Assembly: GCF_006345805.1 (NCBI RefSeq)
Contig: NC_043007.1
Span: 60,760,001 to 60,824,000, forward strand
DNA from: Octopus sinensis
Taxonomy: Eukaryota
Direction: 5' to 3'
DNA: 64,000 bases
Part shown: in pieces, positions 27,753 to 41,909 of the stretch
Position numbering within the stretch: position 1 is the stretch's first letter
How the letters are laid out: each line of letters starts with the position of its first letter
Made by a program: the position numbers and the translations under genes
Notes under the pieces: generated by a model
What the model saw: only the letters and a program-made list of their open reading frames with translations
The model's database searches: none
What the model was told of the DNA's origin: nothing

Positions 27753-27893
27753 TTAACTGTAAATAGGCACCACGAGGAAGGAACATAACATTACTGTAAA
27801 TAGTACATAAAACACTCTATAGTCTTGGAGTTTACCAATAATAGTTAGCCTCTCTTGTTTGGTTGTCTTTAGTTGTTTTTTGAGATGATCGAT
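27753..27893 (-). CDS. Coiled-coil gene terminal coding exon with C-terminal transmembrane anchor
   Basis: ttttttttatcttcag|ATC. Encodes IDHLKKQLKTTKQERLTIIGKLQDYRVFYVLFTVMLCSFLVVPIYS*; the last ~20 residues are hydrophobic. Confidence 0.75.
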   Translation of the reverse strand: MDHLKKQLKTTKQERLTIIGKLQDYRVFYVLFTVMLCSFLVVPIYS

Positions 27894-29202
27894 CTGAAGA
27901 TAAAAAAAAAAGAAATACAGTTGAAATATTGTGTTCTTGTTTCCTTGCAGTACTGGTATAGAGATGGCTGGGTCAAAAAACATACTGTAATAACCACTAA
28001 GCAGGTAAGGTACAAGGCCAAGATACTTAACTTTCAACAACCCTGTATATCTGGATACAAACAGGCAGTATGAACAGCAGTGTTAAAGCAAGATAAATAC
28101 AGTAAGATACATATATTGATAGCAAAACTAAAATAACAAAACAAGAATAACAGAAAATAGAATTATAAAAGCACCCGGGCCTGTTATTATATATAATTTC
28201 ATTTACTTTGCATTTCATTTAAATATTCCTCAATTAATAAATTTTAATTCACTTATATATGTTAGTTGAGCTGTATGGGAACTATAGTGAGAACTATGCT
28301 CTTATGTAATATAGTTAACATAAAAATAAATTCATTGGAAAATCTCTGTTTGAGACAGAAGGCACTAGTGTGATTTCATTTGCAAATGAGTGTCCACCAC
28401 TAAAGTGATCCAATAAGATCAAAATCATGTGATCTGGTGATCCCTGAGCTAGGGTGGCAGGAGTTCTCTCCTGCTTGAAATGAATATTGGGTTTGAAAGT
28501 GCACTGAATAACCAGCTGGAGGAGATGTTTTCCTGGGTTTAAAATAGCAATATCATCAGTTCTCAGAGAACACCCATGTTAAAGTGATGATAAACACTAT
28601 CTTAAAGATAAATTCATTCTTCATATATTCTACTTCATCAGCAAATTAATCAGATGATAAGAGAAAAAGAGAAAATTACTGACTAAAAAGAGTCATACTA
28701 TACAGGGGCTAGGAAGCCAAAGATACACAGTAGTTAATGCTTATTTTGGCATATACGAAATATGTAGGGAAAATGATAAATAATAAAATTTGTTCCACCC
28801 CAAAAAATAACTTACAAAAGTATAATAGAGGATAACTCTACTACACTACCTTGTATCTGGAATCTTACATTTCTTAAACAACTACAATTAACTTTGACAG
28901 ACTTATTATTGAAAATTTTATAGCACTTTTGAGTAGTAGATCCTGGATTACATGGTTATTTCCTTTTAAAAGGTGAAATGTAGCTTAATGAAGGGACAAA
29001 TTGAAAAATGATAATGATGGTTGCCATTGTTATGAATATATTTATTATCATCAATTTGATGCTTGTATATATGTCTGCAAAATTTATTTGTACCGCAATA
29101 GACCATCCTGTTTTATCTTTCAATCCTATGTCATTTGACATAAAAGCTTTCCTTTAAAAATAAAAATAATAACCATAAACTACAGCTCAAAATGAAAATT
29201 AC

Positions 29203-29454
29203 CTCAGCAGATATATTTTCATGCTTCTTTTTAAATATCTCTAACTCTTTTTGAGAAATCTGTAAGCAACTAGCCAAGGACGTATTCATTTCTTCAACTT
29301 TGGACAAAGTCTTGGTATGATCTGTGGTTATCTGCTGTTCCCTGTTGTGGAAATAGGCTTCAGTGCCACTATTCTTCTTTTTCAGCTGCTGGTACTCTTC
29401 TCTAGCTTCATTTATGATGCTATTTAGTTTCTTAATCTCTTCTTCATGGTTTTC
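29203..29454 (-). CDS. Coiled-coil gene exon
   Basis: gttatcattag|GAA...GAG|gtaatt, 252 nt open. Encodes ENHEEEIKKLNSIINEAREEYQQLKKKN...KKHENISAE. Confidence 0.85.
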
Positions 29455-29679
29455 CTAATGATAACAACATTAGCACTGGTAATAATAAAGATGATAATAC
29501 AAACTCATACACACATACAACTGCTTTTTCAACTTCCACTAAGCGTTTCTAGCATATTAACATGGCACATCCAAACCTCATTCTTTTCAACCACTGAAAA
29601 CCATTTGCTTTCATTGCACACAAAAAGAAAACAAACAAATGGATCTTTCCTTATGAGATAATGAACCAAATAAACTTAC

Positions 29680-29870
29680 CTTGCTTGAAGCAAGACATTT
29701 TTCAAGCTCAGCTCTGGCTTCCTTTTCAGACAACAGTTGCTGCTTAATGTCTGCAGCCTGAAGTTCTTTCTCACTCAGGATTTTCTCATAGTTACTTATG
29801 TTGGCACATTGAGTCTGATGAAGTTTCTCCCATTTGGTTTGTGATAAAGTCAATTCTTGGAAATGGGAAT
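29680..29870 (-). CDS. Coiled-coil gene exon
   Basis: ctttgttacag|AT...AAG|gtaagt, phase 1->0. Encodes SHFQELTLSQTKWEKLHQTQ...ELEKCLASSK. Confidence 0.85.
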
Positions 29871-30638
29871 CTGTAACAAAGAAAGCATAATACACTTTTG
29901 GTGAGTAAATGCTAAAAGCAACTATTCAAATTTAATTCTATATCATATTGTTCACAGTGGGAAAACATTACTTTGATAAAATACTTAGTCCAAAATGTAC
30001 AAATGTCAAAAAAATACAGCTGTCACTTGAAAGTGAGTATGGGCTGGTAGCATGTATCAAACTCATGCTAGTTGCTTTAGGTGTCTATGTAGTCACATGC
30101 AAGCATAGACACACTTATCCATTGACCCAATGTAACATGGAGGATGTAACAGTTGAAGACAGAGAGAGAGGGGGGAGGGAGGGAGGGAGGAAGAGAGAAT
30201 GTGCCAGAACTAGGGTGGTACGTGTTTTCACCTGAGTAGACTGAAACAATGTGAAATGAAGCACTTTGCTTGAAGATACAATGCACCACCTAGTTCAGGA
30301 ATCAAGCCTAACCATTAGGTCAAGTGCGAAGGCCATGTGTCTTCACACAGAAATAGTAAATGCATATAAATAAGGTCTGGGAAGTAAAAAGTACTATTAT
30401 AAGAATCAAGGTTTATGCAAATGACTTTGTATATTTTTGGGCTGACCACATTGTCACACTAATAGCTTTCTATAATTTCTGAGCAATCTCTCTCTCTCCT
30501 AGTCAGCAAATATTTATGTTGTTCATTGTAAATAGCCAACACCATTATCAATGGAAAAATAGCGAGAGTTGTCTTTCCTTAAAAAGCAGAATGGTACAAT
30601 GTAACAAAAAACAGAATTTAGAGATGAATTAGGTTTAC

Positions 30639-32778
30639 CATTTAGTTTTTTGAGGTCAGTATTGTAGATAGCTTCTCTCCTGTAAAACTCTTTTTCAAAA
30701 GTTTCTTTCATATGCTTTATTTCAGACTGGAATGATTCTTTCAAAGAAGTTATCACATTATTATGGTTACCTTTCAACCTGTTTATCTGTTCCATCAATG
30801 ATTTACACTTGGTAATCTCATCTTCATAGGCGCTTTGTATTTTAATCATTTCTTGCCTGGAAGTCTTCATTTCTTCATCTTTATTACTCAGATCTCGGCT
30901 CAGCTCTCCCTTCATTTCATTGTATTCCTGTTCAGCTTTTTCTGTCATCCCTGCAATTTGTTCTTGAAGACATTCAATTTGTCTGTTTTGGCTCTCAACT
31001 TTGTTACACATTTCTGTGATCTCTTTCTTATATGTCTTTACTGATGTCTCATACTGTTCCTTGACACTGTCAGAAGCAGTGACATCTAAATCATATCCAG
31101 CTTGTAGTTTAGAGAACTCTTTTTCCTTCTCACTTAGCCTAGCTTGGACATCGTCAAAATCAGATCTCAGCACATAATTAGTTGCAATATTATTTTCAAA
31201 TTCAATTGTTTTATTATTAATGAAAATTTTGTGCTCTTCATCAAGTAACTCTAACTTCTCTTTATAGAAAGTTTCTTGTTTCAGAAGAGCTGTAACATGC
31301 TTTTCCTGTTCACATTCAAATGTTTGTCGAGGTACAAAGTCAGTAGCTATTTTCTCTTCATAATTCAAAGTAACTTGAGCTAATTTTTCCTCATGTTCTT
31401 TCAACACTCTCTGTAATTTTTCTTCTTCTTCAACATATTTTCGTTTAAGTTGTGTATACTCTTTGGTCTCATCTTTTAGCTTAGCTTCAAACACTTCTTT
31501 TGAGATATAATTTTTGGAGATATTTTCCTGAGATTCTATGTTTACTTTTTGCAAAGCTTCTTTATGTTCTTCATCCTGGGATTTTATTTTCCCTTCATAT
31601 TCTTCAAGTTTTTCTTTCATTTGTATAACTTCTTGGATATGTTTTTTATTTTGTTCATTAATCTTACCAACTGCAACATAATCAGAGGATAATTTTTTCT
31701 CAAAGTCCTCCGAAACAGATCTTAATTTCTTTTCATATTCTTCAATAAGGCAGCAACTCTTCTGATTGTATTCTTGATGTAACATTTCTTTACTAGTCTC
31801 CAATTCATTTGAATGTTCTTTTTCTCGTATTTCCATCAAAGACTTACATACATAGTTGTTGGTTATCTTATTCACATATTCACTTGTAATAGAAGAGATT
31901 TTCTCTTCATATTCCACTTTGAGATTTTCTTGCAATTTTCCAATTTCAGAAACGTGTTTCTGAGAGATTTCTGAGACCTTCTGTTGCATCTCTCCAACAA
32001 GAGAAGTAAGTTCATCAAGTTTAGCATCTTTCTCACTGATGGTGCCTGATTTTTCTTCTAACTCCTTTTTCAGTAAATTAGTCTCAGTTTTTTTCTCAGA
32101 AACTTTCTCTTTCAAGCTGGTAACAATTTGTGTCAGTTCATTATTTGAATTCAGATATTCCTCAACAAGTGAAGATTTCTCTGATAAGGATTTTGTTAAT
32201 TCACAGATTCTATTGTCCTTTTCACCAAATTGTACACTGATTTGTTCCACTTCTTTAAGTGCCTCCAAATATCTTTCTTCCAATAGTAAAGTATGTACTT
32301 TGGTTAGTTCTTCAAAATCACCCTTTAATTTACTTTTTTGTTCAATGGTATTTTGATTTACAGTTTCTAGTTTAGGTTTTAAAACAGCAGTTACAAGCTC
32401 TTTGGAATCTGCAGTTTCTAGCTCTAATTTTTCTAAAACATCCTGTTTTTCTCCTGTAAGTTCCTTAAACTGTTTTTCCAGTTTCTTCTTAATGGCTGCA
32501 TTTTCTTCCAGTTGCCATTTTACTCTTTCAAACTCTGTATTTTCTGTTGAAATTTTAGTCTTAGTAGCATGAACAATTTTCTCAGCAAAGTTCTGTATAG
32601 AAGATTTTACTGGAGATCTTTCAAGGTCTTTTTTCATTATCTCAATAGTCTGCTGTTTATCCAGAATTTGGTGCTGTGCATTATTATATTCAACTTTCAA
32701 TTTTTCCATCTCATTCTTAAGTAAGTCATTGTTGGATTTCAGACTCAGGAAGTCATTATGTAACATCAACCATTTTGA
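30639..32778 (-). CDS. Coiled-coil gene, repeat module 3 large exon
   Basis: atatcctag|TCA; 748-aa ORF 30523..32769. Donor AATG|gtaaac at 30639; an alternative phase-1 donor AAAG|gtaacc lies at 30771. Confidence 0.85.
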
Positions 32779-33574
32779 CTAGGATATAATTGAAAAATTA
32801 TAAAAAAAAACATATACATAAAATTAATTTACACAAATTTATGACTCAATAAACACACAAATGTTTATATTTCCAGGTGAAGTTTAGATTTGAATTTAAA
32901 TAATTGAAGTAACACTAATCAAAATAACAAAACTAGAATATACTGTTAAAGCAGTATCAAGACCATTATATCTTCAGTAATAGCTAACAAAAGATATGAT
33001 TAAATTATTTTCAGTAGAATCATATCAACTGCAAGATTAATTTTAGAAATTTGGATAAACTTTTAAGGGGAATTAACATAATTTTCCATCATATATTTAA
33101 TATAGTTCTTCAAATCACTTCAACTTGGGATAAATTGGTTTTCATTTATTTAAAATTGAGTAAATGTTGAACTGTAACCATAATTTGAATTCAAATTGAC
33201 ACCCCAACCCACCAAACTCTTCCATAATGTAGTTTATTGCTTCTCTTTTCTTTCCAACTGATCAGGATTTATGGTTTCGTAGCTTCACCTAGTTGATATT
33301 ATTGTATAGCTTCAAATCAACCCTGAATGAGCAGACCTATGATTAAAGGCATTCCAGTTATGATCCTTTAAACTTTTAGTTTATCTTGGAGTCCATTATC
33401 CATTGTCTCTCTTTTTGAAGATAGCAGCATATGATTTAAGGGAGATTTGGTTGCTATATCTAGCAGTTCAAGCAACCACATTGAAATTGTCACTGAGGCT
33501 CAGCAGATATGACAGATGCTACTAGTAACCCTTAATTTGATAGGGTTAAGTAAAACTACCTAAACTAAGTTTAA

Positions 33575-33782
33575 CCCTTTAGCATTCAGATTATTCTGTT
33601 AAATGTATTGCTTATTTATTCACATTGTTTTGAATTAATTACACATGATCTTGTAGCTTCAAAATTTCAGTGGTGTGTATGTATATTTTTAGAATGACAT
33701 TGTAGGGTAGTTGTGAGAGCAGTTAGATCTGGTTAGTTTTAACATAAAACAAGTAGATATGACTGGATTAAATGCTAAAGGG
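33575..33782. mobile_element. piggyBac-type MITE (family P1)
   Basis: TTAA|CCCTTTAGCATT ... AATGCTAAAGGG|TTAA. Confidence 0.85.
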
Positions 33783-33847
33783 TTAAATCCTAATTAATAA
33801 AATGTACCCACTTTCAACAACAAGAAGTGTTTCAGAAAGAATCTTAC

Positions 33848-34011
33848 TTCTAAAATGTCTTGTTCACATGTAAGTTTTGAAAAATCAGCTTTTAACTGTT
33901 CATGAATATCTGGAGCAATCCATGTTGTCTTAATGTTGTCCAATTCTCTCTTCAATTCAGTCATTAAATTGTCTGTTACAACACTTATACTATATCCAGT
34001 TGGTTGTTTTT
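33848..34011 (-). CDS. Coiled-coil gene, repeat module 3 small exon (164 nt)
   Basis: aatttcag|AA...GAA|gtaaga. Encodes KQPTGYSISVVTDNLMTELKRELDNIKTTWIAPDIHEQLKADFSKLTCEQDILE. Not in the ORF track. Confidence 0.85.
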
Positions 34012-34951
34012 CTGAAATTTAAAAAAAAATCAAAATAGTTCATTAACTAACATTCACCATTTACATTACTCCTGTCACCAACCACTTTATAACATGAACT
34101 GCGGGTGTGAGTATATTAAAATGCCTATATTCACACATTGGCTTTGCCACTACATGCTATTCCTGATCATGCAATCACCACAGATTACAAGAGTAGCTGC
34201 TCATGGCAGGTGCAGCCATTGCACTTTAGAGACATCTTATAGATGAGGTATTCACCTACAGCATCCACTTATACATTTACTGGTGTGTGGTTTAGTGGCT
34301 AGGGTATTTAGTTCACAATCGTAAAGTCATGTGTTTTATACTCAGCAGTGCATTGTATCCTTGAGCATGACACTTTATTTCACATTACTCCAGTCAATCC
34401 AGTAGGCAAAAATGAGTAGTACCTGTATTTTAAAAAAGGGCAAGCCTTCTCACATTCTGTGTCATGCTGGATCTCCCTGAGAACTATGTTAAGAGTATGT
34501 GTGTCTGTGGTGTGCTCAGCCACTTGCATGTTAATTTCATGAGCAGGCTGATTCCTTGGGTGGATTAACTGGAACCCTCAACATCATAACCAACAGAGTG
34601 CCAGTTATTTGATACTTTGAATAAACTCATGAACTCTGTGACAACCCTACGTCTACAACCCCTTTCAAAGCCACCCCAAATAAAACAATATTTTATAACC
34701 CCATATAATCCCTTGCAGTTGTGTTTATCACATCTCAATTATCTATTTATATTGATTCATTTTATTTTGTCATATTTTACTACACCCACTCTGCCTACAT
34801 TCCTTGGGTACCATACATCTCACACACAGGCTCTTCAAAAGCAAGAGCAAGAATACAAACAAGGTTTCAGTTATAACACAAGCATGAACACTTAAGTGAC
34901 TAATGAAGGAAAAATATATTATTATACATGTTTACATCGTTGTCATTGCTG

Positions 34952-34984
<33 letters not shown>

Positions 34985-37900
34985 TCATTTAACATCTGCT
35001 TACCATGCTGGTTTGATTGGAACTGCCAGAGAGCAGCACCAGGTTCCAGTCTGATTTGGCACAGTTTTTATGGCTGGATACCCTTCCTAATGCTAACCAC
35101 TCCAAGTGTGTAATGGATCCTTTTTATATGCCACTGGCATGGGTACCATTTACATGACATTGGCAACAGTCACAACTATGATTTCAGAAGTACCATTTAC
35201 ATGATACTGGCAATGGCCACAACTATGACTTCATATGGCTTGCTGAGTTTTCTCAAGCACAGCATATCACCAAAGGTCTCAGTCACTTGATGCCTCTATG
35301 AGGCCCAGCATTCAAAGATCGTGCTTCACCACCTCATCCCTTGCCTCCATGAGGCCCTATGGAAATAGTGGAAATATGTATGCTAACCATCTTATGCTGT
35401 GCGAGTGTACAGCCAATAAATATGAGCGTGAATGCAAGTATGTCCCAAGGACAAATGTACTCAAGTGGATGAAGATATAAATGGGAGAATGTGTGAAAAG
35501 GAAAGCAAACAGTATGATCACAAATTCATTCATTATTTTATCCACAACCTATTATTATTCAATTAATTATTATTCATTTGCTAATGTTGGTGCCATGTAA
35601 AAAGCACCCAGGTCACTCTGTAAAGTGGTTGGCATTAGGAAGGGCATCCAGTGTAAAAATCATACCAAAGCAGAGCTTGCCAGAGCTGGAGACATAAAAA
35701 GCACTCGATCCACTGTGTAAGGCGGTTGGCATTAGAAAGGCATCCAGTTGTAAAAGCCATGACAAAACAGTCAGTGAAGCTTGGCTTGCTAGCTCCTGAG
35801 AAACCATCCAATCCATACCAGCATGGAAAATGGATGTTAAATGATGATGATGGTGATGATGGTGAATGATAACAATTATCCACTAATGTTAATACCCATA
35901 AACTGTACATGTAGAGGAGTATGTAATAGCTGCTCACAGTAATACTCTATGCAATGAATGCTGTAGAAGCCACAAGTATGAATGCTAGAATGGACAGATG
36001 TGTGAAAAGAATAGACTGGATGACTTTATTTGTCTCCACAATCTGCTACAAATTCACTAACTTTCATGTGGCTCTTTTGACCAACTACCATTTATTAATT
36101 TCTACATTTATTTTTAATCCAAGATGGCAGTGACTTCTCTTGTGCGATATTAACCTCATGCGAATATAAGATATAGGTAATGAGTTATGTTGTTTCTTGT
36201 AAGTTTTCAACTAAAATGAGCACTCAAAGACTGAAATGTTATAACAATTGATGAAACATACAACTTCATCCCATTTAGTTCAAGTTAACCAAGTTAAATT
36301 ATTTCTATTTCAGTGTACTTTGTATGTAGGTATTGTTCGTGTGTGTGTGTGTGTGTGTGTATGTGTGTGCATGTACATATGCATGTATGTATGCACATAA
36401 GTACATATGCATGTATGTAAGCACATATGCATGCATGTATGTATGTACATACATGCATACATACATAAGTATGCATGTATATGGTTTTGCACATATGCAT
36501 GTTAGCACCGTTTTGTTGTGGTGGCATAGCACAGTCATGCTACACCCAAAACATCTAATCACTGCTGGCCATGGAAGAATACACATGACCCAGTGGTGAA
36601 GCACAAATTTTGAAAGGCAAGAATCAGTTCCTAAGACATCAGAAAACAGCATTCATACAACTATGGGATTTTTACCTCACCTCACAACCACTACAAAACT
36701 CATTGGATATTTTAGATTTACAGCCAAGTACTGAATCCAACTACCTTGATGTTTATTAAGAAATTAACCTATGTCTCACTACACCCTGTTGCCTTGAACA
36801 CAGATGTACATATAGCCATCTATAAAGTGTGCCTACCACTTTATGTGTGACCACGAAATAAATTGTGATGTCCATTTGCATGAAAAAACATTGTCTTCTG
36901 ATATTTATCTTTACATCCATGTAAACACTTATATCTGGAACCTTCTTACATACACACTATCCAAGCCAACATGGTATCATATTTCTAATGTAAATATGTA
37001 TGCATGTATGTACATATGCATATATCCATGTATGTGTGCATCTAGTACATATGCACATATGTATGTATGTATTTATCTATATACATATAGCCATCTATAT
37101 ATCATAGTTAATGTATATATAATGTTGGCATGCAAGATACTGCAGTTTTCATTTGGGATAAAATCTTTTATAAACATGCTGTGACAAAAACAACACAAAA
37201 ATTGCCCATTTAGTGGCTAGTAAAAACATCAGATGCATTTCAACATCCAGGCCTTGTCGATGACATGTACTCACAACCACATGCCTAGACACAATTTGTT
37301 TCCTCTTATATAGGAAACAGTGAATAATATAAGCACCTGTGTAACTGTGTGATAAGAAGCTTGCTTCCTAATCATGTGGTTCAGGATTCAATCCCACTGC
37401 ATGGCATTTTGAGCAAGTATCTTCATCTATAGCCTTGGGTTGACCAAAGCCTTGTGAGTGGATTTAGTAGATGCAAACTGAAAGAAACCTGTTGAATATA
37501 TATATGTATAAAAGGTAAAGGGTAAAGCTCCACTTCAGTCATGACCAAAGGGGGTCTTTACCCATTACCCTTTATATAATGCCCATGGAACTGCACCTCG
37601 AAAGTTCCTCTCCGAGGCACAAGTCCAGGCAAGGTTGTTTATGGAAGACCAACAATCGCCCATGCTTACCAGTCTCCCCTCTCCATGCTGCTGATGTAAT
37701 CCAAGGGAATGGCAAAACCCAATACAGCTTGGTGCCAGTGATGTTGCACTCATTTCTATAGCTGAATGAACTGGAGCAATGTGAAATAAAGTGCCTTGCT
37801 CAAGAATACAACACACAGCTCAGTCCAGGAACCAAACTCACAACCTCTCGATTGTGAGCTCTATGCTCTAACTGCTGAACCATGCACCTTCATGTTCATC

Positions 37901-39687
37901 TATTTGTTTTGTAAGATGCTTGATGTGAAACTGTGTTGAAACAAATATTGTTATATTTCAGGATGGTCATTTTTTTCTTGCCAAATAAATACATGCACTA
38001 TACATTCGTTCCTAACTTGTTTATTATTGTTCTTATTTTATGTCCCTTGTCTGGAAATCTTTCATCACACACCTGTGACCTCTTCAGTGACCCTCCTTCC
38101 TACATCTCCCTCTGTTGTGTTTAGTCCATTCTATATATATATGTATATATCTATGTGTGTGTCTTTGTGTTTTGTTTGTTCCCCATCACTGCTTGACAAC
38201 TGATGTTAATGTGTTTATGTCTCTGTAACTTAATGGTTCAGCAACAGAGACTGATAGAATAAGTACTAGGTTTTGAAAAATAAGTCCTGGGGTCGATTTG
38301 TTCAACTAAAACACCCTTCAAGGAAGTACCCCAGCATAGCTGTAGTCAAAATGACTGAAACAAGTAAAAGATAAAAGATAACACATTTACTGATATTGCG
38401 ATTAGTCACTTGGGCTAAATAAAAATCTGGTATGCACAATCAAAGCAGCATTAAATTTAAATAGTCACCTATGTGTTATACTTAATGTATCTAAAACATC
38501 GACAAGCAAGAGACTGTGATTTTTATGAGATAAAAATGTGTTAAAAGCACAAGATATATTCAGTTTCCTATACTGGAAGTGAGAAATTTCATCTAGGTAC
38601 GTAGTTGCAAATATCTTGCCTGCCAATGGTGTATATATATTAATTATAATACATAGCTCTTTTAATTTGAAGCTGCTTCAATTGCATGTGTGTGTGTGTG
38701 TGTGTGTGTGCATGTGTGTATGATCATCACCTTCACATATACATATTCAATAAGTTTCTTCAGTTTCTGCCTGCCAATTTCAATCACAAGGTGTTTGTTA
38801 ACCTATGGATATAATAAAGGACACCATCTAACTGTCTACACAGTGAGACTGATCCCCTAACTGTATACTTCCAAAGTGAATTTATCAGCCATATAGCCAT
38901 GCTTGTGTCTATATTTATATGTATATGTATAAGGCGGCGAGCACGCCGGGCAAAATGTTTAGTGGTATTTCGTCTGTCTTTTTTGTTCTGAGTTCAAACT
39001 CCACCAAGGTCAACTTTGCTTTTCATCCTTTCGAGGTCGATTAAATAAGTACCAGTTATGCACTGGGGTTGATGTAATCAACTTAATCCCTTCGTTTGTC
39101 CCCTCTATGTTTAGCCCCCTGTGGGCAATAAAGAAATATATATTTATATGTATATGCTTCACTGATATTGAACTCACCAAATCTTGACAAAAGGTAACAA
39201 ACTATACTCTATCCAATTATCTGGTAGTAGTACAAGTAGTTACATACAGTTTTATGGAAAGAAGAAGAGAGATAAGTCTTCTCCTGGACAGGAATCCTGT
39301 CTCTCTTTGATAACTTTCCCAAATAATCTGGTACCAACTTATGACCTGTGAGCTGGTTACTTGTAAGTTCTCTTCCTGTTGCCGCAACTAAGTATAGTTA
39401 AGAGAAAATTGTGTTTAATTTTGTGTCAGTGCCACAATAATTCTAAATAAAAAAGCAGCTAAGTACTGTGAGAGTTATTGTCATCTCTTGAAATATTAAG
39501 AAATAATGTCATATCTATATATGACATCAGTTTCAGGTTGCAATAATACATCTGAAACTAATAAACAAAATGTGTTTAGCTTGAGTCATTTATGAAAGTA
39601 TTTCCTTTACAGCAACTAACCATAAAAATATGACTGAGACATTCAGCGACTGGAGAAAATATATCATGTGATATTTATATAATACTA

Positions 39688-40075
39688 TCTTTTATCTTTT
39701 ACTTGTTTCAGTCATTAAACTGCGGCCATGCTGGAGCACTGCCTTGAAGAATTTTTTAGTCAAATGAATTGACTCTAGTACTTACTTTCTTTAAACCAGA
39801 CATTTATTCTATTGGTCTCATTTGCCAACCAACTAAGTTACAGAATGTAAATACATTAACACCAGTTATCAAGCAATGGTGGGGGACAAAAAAGACACAC
39901 ATACACACATATACAATGGGCTTCTTCCAGTTTCCATCTACCAAATCCATTCACAGGGCTTTGGTCAGCCCGAGGCTATCGTAGAAGACACTTGTCCAAG
40001 GTGCCATGCAGTGGGACTAAACCCAGAACCATGTGTTTGGGAAGCAAGCTTCGTACCACACAGCAACACTTGTGC
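39688..40075 (-). mobile_element. tRNA-derived SINE family C
   Basis: Head 'gctgtgtggta.gaagcttgcttcc.aa.cacatggttc.gggtt.agtccca', tail 'gactgaaacaagtaaaagataaaagat'. Other approximate copies: 2060-2210(-), 8207-8360(-), 8580-8930(+), 27110-27250(-), 37335-38380(+, interrupted), 38757-38900(-), 58426-58540(-). Confidence 0.85.
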
Positions 40076-40089
40076 TTAAAAAGTGTGAG

Positions 40090-40205
40090 AGGCTTACAGC
40101 ACCTAGGTTTTCCAAGTGGTTGCTCATTTCAATACTAACTAGGCTCAATGTTGTTTAACTTTGGTGATCGGACAAGAACCAATGCATTCAATGTGATTGA
40201 GAATC
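40090..40205 (-). pseudogene. 5S rRNA pseudogene
   Basis: Minus strand reads ...GGTTCTTGTCCGATCACCAAAGTTAAACAACATTGAGCCTAGTTAGTATTGAAATGAGCAACCACTTGGAAAACCTAGGTGCTGTAAGCCT, matching the metazoan 5S pattern with CpG-type decay. Confidence 0.85.
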
Positions 40206-40390
40206 ATACCCAAGTAGATAATATAGTAAACTGTGTGAGAATGTAGAGACACTAACTGTATGGAAATAAAGTAAAAATAATTATCTGTACTAGTGTCTTT
40301 TCTTAAAAAGTAGAAAGCTGTAATAAAATAAAAAAATATATTTTCAGATTGGAAAGATTCATTCAAGAATTATTTTAGCATTATGGTTAC

Positions 40391-41909
40391 CTTCCAACAT
40401 TTTTTGATGCTCCTCTAGTGATTTACTCTTCACAATTGTTTCTTCAAAGGCGCTTTGGATTTTAATCAATTCTTGCTCGGAAACTTTCACTTCTTCATTA
40501 TCTTCAGTTAGTTCTCTCTTCATTTTATTGTATTCTTGTTCAGCTTTTAGTTTCATATCTGACATTTGTTCCAGAAGGCATACAATTTGTTTATCTTGGT
40601 TCTCCACTTTATTACAAAGTTTTGAGACTAGGTCTTGATAGGTTTTCACTGATGCCTCATACTGCCCATAGACTTTATTAGAAGCAGCAGCAACCGAATA
40701 ATATTCAGCTTGCTGATTTGCCAATTCTTCTTCCTTTTGACCAAGCTTAGCCTGGATATCTTTAAAATTTTTGAGTTTTTCTTCCATTGTCATAATTTCA
40801 GAAAAATGTTTCTGAGAGATTTCTGAGATCTTCTGTTGCATCTCTCCAACAAGAGAAGTAAGTTCATCAAGTTTAGCATCTTTCTCACTGATGGTGCCTG
40901 ATTTTTCTTCTAACTCCTTTTTCAGTAAATTAGTCTCAGTTTTTTTCTCAGAAACGTTCTCTTTCAAGCTGGTAATGATTTCTGTCAGTTCATTATTTGA
41001 ATTCAGATATTCCTCAACAAGTGAAGATTTCTCTGATAAGGATTTTGTTAATTCACAGATTCTCTTGTCCTTTTCACAAAGTTGTACACTGATTTGTTCC
41101 ACTTCTTTACGTGTCTCCAAATATTTTTTCTCCAATTGTAAAATATATACTTTGGTTGGTTCTTCAAAATCACCCTTTAATTTACTTTTTTGTTCACTGG
41201 CATTTTGATTTATAGTTTCTAGTTTAGGTTTAAAAGTGGTTACATGCTCTTTGGTATCTCCAATTTCTAGCTCTAATTTTCCTAAAATGTTCTGCTTTTC
41301 TCTTACAAGTTCCTCAGGCTGCTTTGTCAGTTCCTTCTTATTTTCCTCCAGTTGAGATACTGTAATGCAATCAAGTTGTTTTTCTAAGGCAGCTTTGGTT
41401 TCTTCCAATGACTGTTTTGCTATTGTGTAACTTTCAAGTGCTTTTTCTTGCTCCACCAATGTATCTTGCAATTTTTTGTATTCCAAGGCCATGTCTTTAA
41501 ACCAATTTTTTAACAAACTACTCAGGTTGTTATTCATTTCTTCAAGATGTACTGACTGAGAACTAACTTGAATCTGTAAACATTCACAATCATTTGAAGT
41601 TTCTTCAACACAATGATATAGTTTCTGAGGCAAGAAATTAGCAACACTATTTTCCTTAGTGGGTAAGTTCATATTTTCTGTCAAAATACTGGCCTCTACT
41701 GCATGAATGATTTTCTCTAGAATGTCCTGAAGAGAATATTTTACCTGAGCAACTCCTCCTTTGTTTTGTTGAAGTTCTGATTTGTATTTTGCTTCAGTTT
41801 GCTGCCAATTAGATTCCATCACACAAATAGATTGAAGATCTTTTTTCAGTATTAAATCATTGTTGGGTTTCAGATTTAGAGATTCCTCCAACAACTTCAA
41901 TGATTTTGA
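40391..41909 (-). CDS. Coiled-coil gene, repeat module 2 large exon
   Basis: atattttag|TCA; ORF 40359..41900. Donor GAAG|gtaacc at 40391 (phase 1), homologous to the module 1 donor. Confidence 0.8.

Noticed and set aside
27753-27820. KASH/nesprin identity for the coiled-coil protein
   Set aside because: No ~30-aa lumenal peptide or terminal PPPX, and no spectrin repeats recognisable.
29131-29151. Alternative short terminal exon ESFYVK* that would remove the membrane anchor
   Set aside because: Needs a 51-nt intron and has no other support.
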